Shown here: positions 53,101-64,000 of the stretch, piece by piece | Layout of the letters: every line of letters begins with the position of its first letter | Numbering within the stretch: position 1 is the first letter of the stretch | Assembly: GCA_964057225.1 (NCBI GenBank) | Contig: CAXKVF010000073.1 | Location: 1-64,000, forward strand | DNA from: Auanema rhodensis | Taxonomy: Eukaryota; Animalia; Nematoda | Length of the DNA: 64,000 nucleotides | Direction of reading: 5' to 3' | The notes under the pieces: model-generated | What the model saw: the letters and a program-made list of their open reading frames with translations, nothing else | What the model was told of the DNA's origin: nothing | The model's database searches: none | Made by a program: the position numbers and the translations under genes

Positions 53101-56100
53101 TGCACATCACGTGTACATTTAATTAGCATAAATTAAAGTTCACGTAAAATTCAAAGTCATGGTTACCATGCACCAATATCAATAAAAATTTGTTTTTAGA
53201 CTAATATGGACATGGGGAATCTAATTTTGAAAACCGCATCTCTTTATCTTTCACGTGAAGCGAGTTACATACCAAGTGCACATCACGTGTACATTTAATT
53301 AGCATAAATTAAAGTTCACGTAAATTTCAAAGTCATGGTTACCATGAAGCAATATCAATAAAAATTTGTTTTTAGACTAATATGGACATGGGGAATCTAA
53401 TTTTGAAAACCGCATCTCTTTATCTTTCACGTGAAGCGAGTTACATACCAAGCGCACATCACGTGTACATTTAATTAGCATAAATTAAAGTTCACGTAAA
53501 ATTCAAAGTCATGGTTACCATGAACCAATATCAATAAAAATTTGTTTTTAGACTAATATGGACATGGGGAATCTAATTTTGAAAACCGCATCTCTTTATC
53601 TTTTACGTGAAGCGAGTTACATACCAAGTGCAGATCACGTGTACATTTAATTAGCATAAATTAAAGTTCACGTAAATTTCAAAGTCATGGTTACCATGCA
53701 CCAATATCAATAAAAATTTGTTTTTAGACTAATATGGACATGGGAAATCTAATTTTGAAAACCGCATCTCTTTATCTTTTACGTGAAGCGAGTTACATAC
53801 CAAGTGCACATCACGTGTACATTTAATTAGCATAAATTAAAGTTCACGTAAAATTCAAAGTCATGGTTACCATGCACCAATATCAATAAAAATTTGTTTT
53901 TAGACTAATATGGACATGGGAAATCTAATTTTGAAAACCGCATCTCTTTATCTTTCACGTGAAGCGAGTTACATACCAAGTGCACATCACGTGTACATTT
54001 AATTAGCATAAATTAAAGTTCACGTAAATTTCAAAGTCATGGTTACCATGAACCAATATCAATAAAAATTTGTTTTTAGACTAATATGGACATGGGGAAT
54101 CTGATTTTGAAAACCGCATCTCTTTATCTTTTACGTGAAGCGAGTTACATACCAAGTGCACATCACGTGTACATTTAATTAGCATAAATTAAAGTTCACG
54201 TAAATTTCAAAGTCATGGTTACCATGAACCAATATCAATAAAAATTTGTTTTTAGACTAATATGGACATGGGGAATCTAATTTTGAAAACCGCATCTCTT
54301 TATCTTTCACGTGAAGCGAGTTACATACCAAGTGCACATCACGTGTACATTTAATTAGCATAAATTAAAGTTCACGTAAATTTCAAAGTCATGGTTACCA
54401 TGCACCAATATCAATAAAAATTTGTTTTTAGACTAATATGGACATGGGGAATCTAATTTTGAAAACCGCATCTCTTTATCTTTCACGTGAAGCGAGTTAC
54501 ATACCAAGTGCACATCACGTGTACATTTAATTAGCATAAATTAAAGTTCACGTAAATTTCAAAGTCATGGTTACCATGAACCAATATCAATAAAAATTTG
54601 TTTTTAGACTAATATGGACATGGGGAATCTAATTTTGAAAACCGCATCTCTTTATCTTTCACGTGAAGCGAGTTACATACCAAGTGCACATCACGTGTAC
54701 ATTTAATTAGCATAAATTAAAGTTCACGTAAATTTCAAAGTCATGGTTACCATGCACCAATATCAATAAAAATTTGTTTTAGACTAATATGGACATGGGG
54801 AATCTAATTTTGAAAACCGCATCTCTTCATTTTTCACGTGAAGCGAGTTACATACCAAGTGCACATCACGTGTACATTTAATTAGCATAAATTAAAGTTC
54901 ACGTAAATTTCAAAGTCATGGTTACCATGCACCAATACCAATAAAAATTTGTTTTTAGACTAATATGGACATGGGGAATCTAATTTTGAAAACCGCATCT
55001 CTTTATCTTTCACGTGAAGCGAGTTACATACCAAGTGCACATCACGTGTACATTTAATTAGCATAAATTAAAGTTCACGTAAATTTCAAAGTCATGGTTA
55101 CCAAGAACCAATATCAATAAAAATTTGTTTTTAGAATAATATGGACATGGGGAATCTAATTTTGAAAACCGCATCTCTTTATCTTTCACGTGAAGCAAGT
55201 TCCATACCAAGTGCACATCACGTGTACATTTAATTAGCATAAATTAAAGTTCACGTAAATTTCAAAGTCATAGTTACCATGCACCAATATCAATAAAAAT
55301 TTGTTTTTAGACTAATATGGACATGGGGAATCTGATTTTGAAAACCGCATCTCTTTATCTTTTACGTGAAGCGAGTTACATACCAAGTGCACATCACGTG
55401 TACATTTAATTAGCATAAATTAAAGTTCACGTAAATTTCAAAGTCATGGTTACCATGAACCAATATCAATAAAAATTTGTTTTTAGACTAATATGGACAT
55501 GGGGAATCTAATTTTGAAAACCGCATCTCTTTATCTTTCACGTGAAGCGAGTTACATACCAAGTGCACATCACGTGTACATTTAATTAGCATAAATTAAA
55601 GTTCACGTAAATTTCAAAGTCATGGTTACCATGCACCAATATCAATAAAAATTTGTTTTTAGACTAATATGGACATGGGGAATCTAATTTTGAAAACCGC
55701 ATCTCTTTATCTTTCACGTGAAGCGAGTTACATACCAAGTGCACATCACGTGTACATTTAATTAGCATAAATTAAAGTTCACGTAAATTTCAAAGTCATG
55801 GTTACCATGAACCAATATCAATAAAAATTTGTTTTTAGACTAATATGGACATGGGGAATCTAATTTTGAAAACCGCATCTCTTTATCTTTCACGTGAAGC
55901 GAGTTACATACCAAGTGCACATCACGTGTACATTTAATTAGCATAAATTAAAGTTCACGTAAATTTCAAAGTCATGGTTACCATGCACCAATATCAATAA
56001 AAATTTGTTTTTAGACTAATATGGACATGGGGAATCTAATTTTGAAAACCGCATCTCTTCATCTTTCACGTGAAGCGAGTTACATACCAAGTGCACATCA

Positions 56101-59100
56101 CGTGTACATTTAATTAGCATAAATTAAAGTTCAAGTAAATTTCAAAGTCATGGTTACCATGCACCAATACCAATAAAAATTTGTTTTTAGACTAATATGG
56201 ACATGGGGAATCTAATTTTGAAAACCGCATCTCTTTATCTTTCACGTGAAGCGAGTTACATACCAAGTGCACATCACGTGTACATTTAATTAGCATAAAT
56301 TAAAGTTCACGTAAATTTCAAAGTCATGGTTACCAAGAACCAATATCAATAAAAATTTGTTTTTAGACTAATATGGACATGGGGAATCTAATTTTGAAAA
56401 CCGCATCTCTTTATCTTTCACGTGAAGCAAGTTCCATACCAAGTGCACATCACGTGTACATTTAATTAGCATAAATTAAAGTTCACGTAAATTTCAAAGT
56501 CATAGTTACCATGCACCAATATCAATAAAAATTTGTTTTTAGACTAATATGGACATGGGGAATCTAATTTTGAAAACCGCATCTCTTTATCTTTCACGTG
56601 AAGCGAGTTACATACCAAGTGCACATCACGTGTACATTTAATTAGCATAAATTAAAGTTCACGTAAATTTCAAAGTCATGGTTACCATGCACCAATATCA
56701 ATAAAAATTTGTTTTTAGCTTAATATGGACATGGGGAATCTAATTTTGAAAACCGCATCTCTTTATCTTTCACGTGAAGCGAGTTACATACCAAGTGCAC
56801 ATCACGTGTACATTTAATTAGCATAAATTAAAGTTCACGTAAATTTCAAAGTCATGGTTACCATGCACCAATATCAATAAAAATTTGTTTTTAGACTAGT
56901 ATGGACATGGGGAATCTAATTTTGAAAACCGCATCTCTTTATCTTTCACGTGAAGCAAGTTCCATACCAAGTGCACATCACGTGTACATTTAATTAGCAT
57001 AAATTAAAGTTCACGTAAATTTCAAAGTCATAGTTACCATGCACCAATATCAATAAAAATTTGTTTTTAGACTAATATGGACATGGGGAATCTAATTTTG
57101 AAAACCGCATCTCTTTATCTTTCACGTGAAGCGAGTTACATACCAAGTGCACATCACGTGTACATTTAATTAGCATAAATTAAAGTTCACGTAAATTTCA
57201 AAGTCATGGTTACCATGCACCAATATCAATAAAAATTTGTTTTTAGCTTAATATGGACATGGGGAATCTAATTTTGAAAACCGCATCTCTTTATCTTTCA
57301 CGTGAAGCGAGTTACATACCAAGTGCACATCACGTGTACATTTAATTAGCATAAATTAAAGTTCACGTAAATTTCAAAGTCATGGTTACCATGCACCAAT
57401 ATCAATAAAAATTTGTTTTTAGACTAGTATGGACATGGGGAATCTAATTTTGAAAACCGCATCTCTTTATCTTTCACGTGAAGCGAGTTACATACCAAGT
57501 GCACATCACGTGTACATTTAATTAGCATAAATTAAAGTTCACGTAAATTTCAAAGTCATGGTTACCATGAACCAATATCAATAAAAATTTGTTTTTAGAC
57601 TAATATGGACATGGGGAATCTAATTTTGAAAACCGCATCTCTTTATCTTTCACGTGAAGCAAGTTACATACCAAGTGCACATCACGTGTACATTTAATTA
57701 GCATAAATTAAAGTTCACGTAAATTTCAAAGTCATAGTTACCATGCACCAATATCAATAAAAATTTGTTTTTAGACTAATATGGACATGGGGAATCTAAT
57801 TTTGAAAACCGCATCTCTTTATCTTTCACGTGAAGCGAGTTACATACCAAGTGCACATCACGTGTACATTTAATTAGCATAAATTAAAGTTCACGTAAAT
57901 TTCAAAGTCATGGTTACCATGCACCAATATCAATAAAAATTTGTTTTTAGCTTAATATGGACATGGGGAATCTAATTTTGAAAACCGCATCTCTTTCTCT
58001 TTCACGTGAAGCGAGTTACATACCAAGTGCACATCACGTGTACATTTAATTAGCATAAATTAAAGTTCACGTAAATTTCAAAGTCATGGTTACCATGCAC
58101 CAATATCAATAAAAATTTGTTTTTAGACTAATATGGACATGGGGAATCTAATTTTGAAAACCGCATCTCTTTATCTTTCACGTGAAGCGAGTTACATACC
58201 AAGTGCACATCACGTGTACATTTAATTAGCATGAATTAAAGTTCACGTAAATTTCAAAGTCATGGTTACCATGAACCAATATCAATAAAAATTTGTTTTT
58301 AGACTAATATGGACATGGGGAATCTAATTTTGAAAACCGCATCTCTTTATCTTTCACGTGAAGCAAGTTACATACCAAGTGCACATCACGTGTACATTTA
58401 ATTAGCATAAATTAAAGTTCACGTAAATTTCAAAGTCATAGTTACCATGCACCAATATCAATAAAAATTTGTTTTTAGACTAATATGGACATGGGGAATC
58501 TAATTTTGAAAACCGCATCTCTTTCTCTTTCACGTGAAGCGAGTTACATACCAAGTGCACATCACGTGTACATTTAATTAGCATAAATTAAAGTTCACGT
58601 AAATTTCAAAGTCATGGTTACCATGCACCAATATCAATAAAAATTTGTTTTTAGACTAATATGGACATGGGGAATCTAATTTTGAAAACCGCATCTCTTT
58701 ATCTTTCACGTGAAGCGAGTTACATACCAAGTGCACATCACGTTGTACATTTAATTAGCATAAATTAAAGTTCACGTAAAATTCAAAGTCATGGTTACCA
58801 TGCACCAATATCAATAAAAATTTGTTTTTAGACTAATATGGACATGGGGAATCTAATTTTGAAAACCGCATCTCTTTATCTTTTACGTGAAGCGAGTTAC
58901 ATACCAAGTGCACATCACGTGTACATTTAATTAGCATAAATTAAAGTGCACGTAAATTTCAAAGTCATGGTTACCATGAACCAATATCAATAAAAATTTG
59001 TTTTTAGACTAATATGGACATGGGGAATCTAATTTTGAAAACCGCATCTCTTTATCTTTCACGTGAAGCGAGTTACATACCAAGTGCACATCACGTGTAC

Positions 59101-59799
59101 ATTTAATTAGCATAAATTAAAGTTCACGTAAATTTCAAAGTCATGGTTACCATGCACCAATATCAATAAAAATTTGTTTTTAGACTAATATGGACATGGG
59201 GAATCTAATTTTGAAAACCGCATCTCTTTATCTTTCACGTGAAGCGAGTTACATACCAAGTGCACATCACGTGTACATTTAATTAGCATAAATTAAAGTT
59301 CACGTAAATTTCAAAGTCATGGTTACCATGCACCAATATCAATAAAAATTTGTTTTTAGACTAATATGGACATGGGGAATCTAATTTTGAAAACCGCATC
59401 TCTTTATCTTTCACGTGAAGCGAGTTACATACCAAGTGCACATCACGTGTACATTTAATTAGCATAAATTAAAGTTCACGTAAATTTCAAAGTCATGGTT
59501 ACCATGCACCAATATCAATAAAAATTTGTTTTTAGACTAATATGGACATGGGGAATCTAATTTTGAAAACCGCATCTCTTTATCTTTCACGTGAAGCGAG
59601 TTACATACCAAGTGCACATCACGTGTACATTTAATTAGCATAAATTAAAGTTCACGTAAATTTCAAAGTCATGGTTACCATGAACCAATATCAATAAAAA
59701 TTTGTTTTTAGACTAATATGGACATGGGAAATCTAATTTTGAAAACCGCATCTCTTTATCTTTCACGTGAAGCGAGTTACATACCAAGTGCACATCACG

Positions 59800-62700
59800 T
59801 GTACATTTAATTAGCATAAATTAAAGTTCACGTAAATTTCAAAGTCATGGTTACCATGCACCAATATCAATAAAAATTTGTTTTTAGACTAATATGGACA
59901 TGGGGGATCTAATTTTGAAAACCGCATCTCTTTATCTTTCACGTGAAGCGAGTTACATACCAAGTGCACATCACGTGTACATTTAATTAGCATAAATTAA
60001 AGTTCACGTAAATTTCAAAGTCATGGTTACCATGAAGCAATATCAATAAAAATTTGTTTTCAGACTAATATGGACATGGGGAATCTAATTTTGAAAACCG
60101 CATCTCTTTATCTTTCACGTGAAGCGAGTTACATACCAAGTGCACATCACGTGTACATTTAATTAGCATAAATTAAAGTTCACGTAAATTTCAAAGTCAT
60201 GGTTACCATGCACCAATATCAATAAAAATTATAAATTAAAGTTCACGTAAATTTCAAAGTCATGGTTACCATGAACCAATATCAATAAAAATTTGTTTTT
60301 AGACTAATATGGACATGGGGAATCTAATTTTGAAAACCGCATTTCTTTATCTTTCATGTGAAGCGAGTTACATAACAAGTGCACATCACGTGTACATTTA
60401 ATTAGCATAAATTAAAGTTCACGTAAATTTCAAAGTCATGGTTACCATGAACCAATATCAATAAAAATTTGTTTTTAGACTAATATGGACATGGGGAATC
60501 TAATTTTGAAAACCGCATCTCTTTATCTTTCACGTGAAGCGAGTTACATACCAAGTGCACATCACGTGTACATTTAATTAGCATAAATTAAAGTTCACGT
60601 AAATTTCAAAGTCATGGTTACCATGCACCAATATCAATAAAAATTTGTTTTTAGACTAATATGGACATGGGGAATCTGATTTTGAAAACCGCATCTCTTC
60701 ATCTTTCACGTGAAGCGAGTTACATACCAAGTGCACATCAAGTGTACATTTAATTAGCATAAATTAAAGTTCACGTAAATTTCAAAGTCATGGTTACCAT
60801 GCACCAATATCAATAAAAATTTGTTTTTAGACTAATATGGACATGGGGAATCTAATTTTGAAAACCGCATCTCTTTATCTTTCACGTGAAGCGAGTTACA
60901 TACCAAGTGCACATCACGTGTACATTTAATTAGCATAAATTAAAGTTCACGTAAATTTCAAAGTCATGGTTACCATGCACCAATATCAATAAAAATTTGT
61001 TTTTAGACTAATATGGACATGGGGAATCTAATTTTGAAAACCGCATCTCTTTATCTTTCACGTGAAGCGAGTTACATACCAAGTGCACATCACGTGTACA
61101 TTTAATTAGCATAAATTAAAGTTCACGTAAATTTCAAAGTCATGTTTACCATGAAGCAATATCAATAAAAATTTGTTTTTAGACTAATATGGACATGGGG
61201 AATCTAATTTTGAAAACCGCATCTCTTTATCTTTCACGTGAAGCGAGTTACATACCAAGTGCACATCACGTGTACATTTAATTAGCATAAATTAAAGTTC
61301 ACGTAAATTTCAAAGTCATGGTTACCATGCACCAATATCAATAAAAATTTGTTTTTAGACTAATATGGACATGGGGAATCTAATTTTGAAAACCGCATCT
61401 CTTTATCTTTCACGTGAAGCGAGTTACATACCAAGTGCACATCACGTGTACATTTAATTAGCATAAATTAAAGTTCACGTAAATTTCAAAGTCATGGTTA
61501 CCATGAACCAATATCAATAAAAATTTGTTTTTAGACTAATATGGACATGGGGAATCTAATTTTGAAAACCGCATCTCTTTATCTTTCACGTGAAGCGAGT
61601 TACATACCAAGTGCACATCACGTGTACATTTAATTAGCATAAATTAAAGTTCACGTAAATTTCAAAGTCATGGTTACCATGCACCAATATCAATAAAAAT
61701 TTGTTTTTAGACTAATATGGACATGGGGAATCTAATTTTGAAAACCGCATCTCTTTATCTTTCACGTGAAGCGAGTTACATACCAAGTGCACATCACGTG
61801 TACATTTAATTAGCATAAATTAAAGTTCACGTAAATTTCAAAGTCATGGTTACCATGCACCAATATCAATAAAAATTTGTTTTTAGACTAATATGGACAT
61901 GGGGAATCTAATTTTGAAAACCGCATCTCTTTATCTTTCACGTGAAGCGAGTTACATACCAAGTGCACATCACGTGTACATTTAATTAGCATAAATTAAA
62001 GTTCACGTAAATTTCAAAGTCATGGTTACCATGAACCAATATCAATAAAAATTTGTTTTTAGACTAATATGGACATGGGGAATCTAATTTTGAAAACCGC
62101 ATCTCTTTATCTTTCACGTGAAGCGAGTTACATACCAAGTGCACATCACGTGTACATTTAATTAGCATAAATTAAAGTTCACGTAAATTTCAAAGTCATG
62201 GTTACCATGCACCAATATCAATAAAAATTTGTTTTTAGACTAATATGGACATGGGGAATCTAATTTTGAAAACCGCATCTCTTTATCTTTCACGTGAAGC
62301 GAGTTACATACCAAGTGCACATCACGTGTACATTTAATTAGCATAAATTAAAGTTCACGTAAATTTCAAAGTCATGGTTACCATGCACCAATATCAATAA
62401 AAATTTGTTTTTAGACTAATATGGACATGGGGAATCTAATTTTGAAAACCGCATCTCTTTATCTTTCACGTGAAGCGAGTTACATACCAAGTGCACATCA
62501 CGTGTACATTTAATTAGCATAAATTAAAGTTCACGTAAATTTCAAAGTCATGGTTACCATGAACCAATATCAATAAAAATTTGTTTTTAGACTAATATGG
62601 ACATGGGGAATCTAATTTTGAAAACCGCATCTCTTTATCTTTCACGTGAAGCGAGTTACATACCAAGTGCACATCACGTGTACATTTAATTAGCATAAAT

Positions 62701-64000
62701 TAAAGTTCACGTAAATTTCAAAGTCATGGTTACCATGCACCAATATCAATAAAAATTTGTTTTTAGACTAATATGGACATGGGGAATCTAATTTTGAAAA
62801 CCGCATCTCTTTATCTTTCACGTGAAGCGAGTTACATACCAAGTGCACATCACGTGTACATTTAATTAGCATAAATTAAAGTTCACGTAAATTTCAAAGT
62901 CATGGTTACCATGAACCAATATCAATAAAAATTTGTTTTTAGACTAATATGGACATGGGGAATCTAATTTTGAAAACCGCATCTCTTTATCTTTCACGTG
63001 AAGCGAGTTACATACCAAGTGCACATCACGTGTACATTTAATTAGCATAAATTAAAGTTCACGTAAATTTCAAAGTCATGGTTACCATGCACCAATATCA
63101 ATAAAAATTTGTTTTTAGACTAATATGGACATGGGGGATCTAATTTTGAAAACCGCATCTCTTTATCTTTCACGTGAAGCGAGTTACATACCAAGTGCAC
63201 ATCACGTGTACATTTAATTAGCATAAATTAAAGTTCACGTAAATTTCAAAGTCATGGTTACCATGAAGCAATATCAATAAAAATTTGTTTTCAGACTAAT
63301 ATGGACATGGGGAATCTAATTTTGAAAACCGCATCTCTTTATCTTTCACGTGAAGCGAGTTACATACCAAGTGCACATCACGTGTACATTTAATTAGCAT
63401 AAATTAAAGTTCACGTAAATTTCAAAGTCATGGTTACCATGCACCAATATCAATAAAAATTATAAATTAAAGTTCACGTAATTTTCAAAGTCATGGTTAC
63501 CATGAACCAATATCAATAAAAATTTGTTTTTAGACTAATATGGACATGGGGAATCTAATTTTGAAAACCGCATTTCTTTATCTTTCATGTGAAGCGAGTT
63601 ACATACCAAGTGCACATCACGTGTACATTTAATTAGCATAAATTAAAGTTCACGTAAATTTCAAAGTCATGGTTACCATGAACCAATATCAATAAAAATT
63701 TGTTTTTAGACTAATATGGACATGGGGAATCTAATTTTGAAAACCGCATCTCTTTATCTTTCACGTGAAGCGAGTTACATACCAAGTGCACATCACGTGT
63801 ACATTTAATTAGCATAAATTAAAGTTCACGTAAATTTCAAAGTCATGGTTACCATGCACCAATATCAATAAAAATTTGTTTTTAGACTAATATGGACATG
63901 GGGAATCTGATTTTGAAAACCGCATCTCTTCATCTTTCACGTGAAGCGAGTTACATACCAAGTGCACATCAAGTGTACATTTAATTAGCATAAATTAAAG
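59800..64000. repeat. 3231-bp higher-order repeat (18 full monomers + one 63-bp truncated unit); second copy runs off the window
   Basis: Variants at 59906/63137, 60061/63292 and 60741/63972, and the truncation junction at 60231/63462, all recur at +3231. Confidence 0.9.

Larger units (their letters stand above)
35511..64000. repeat. 176-bp satellite array, right arm (~162 monomers), same orientation
   Basis: The same monomer resumes at 35511 and runs to the window end. It shares variants (AATCAAAG, CATGAATT, GTGCATAT, AAAAGTTG) with the monomers just left of the insertion. Confidence 0.99.

Noticed and set aside
55058-55240. 60-aa ORF in the satellite
   Set aside because: Same cause, through a different substitution (55136) at the same monomer position.
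1-64000. Identification as alpha satellite or Arabidopsis CEN178, or a firm centromere call
   Set aside because: Only the length is similar. I see no sequence match or CENP-B box, and function cannot be read from sequence.

Overview
Eukaryotic satellite DNA. About 58.6 kb of the window is one head-to-tail array of a 176-bp monomer (~32% GC, ~330 nearly identical copies) with nested higher-order repeats and regional variant domains. A single intact ~5.4-kb non-LTR retrotransposon (APE endonuclease + RT, CR1-like) is inserted on the minus strand at 30098-35510. It has an up-to-23-bp target-site duplication, a (TAAA)n tail, a 3' stem-loop and a 5' array of 39 x 18-bp repeats. The most notable observation concerns ORF2. 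It has no in-frame ATG until codon 724 and lies in the +1 frame relative to ORF1. ORF1 ends UCC_UUU_CGU_UAA, the influenza PA-X-type +1 ribosomal frameshift motif, which predicts a ~1296-aa ORF1-EN-RT fusion. No host genes, RNA genes or CRISPR arrays were seen. The host cannot be determined; an invertebrate, possibly a nematode, is only a guess.
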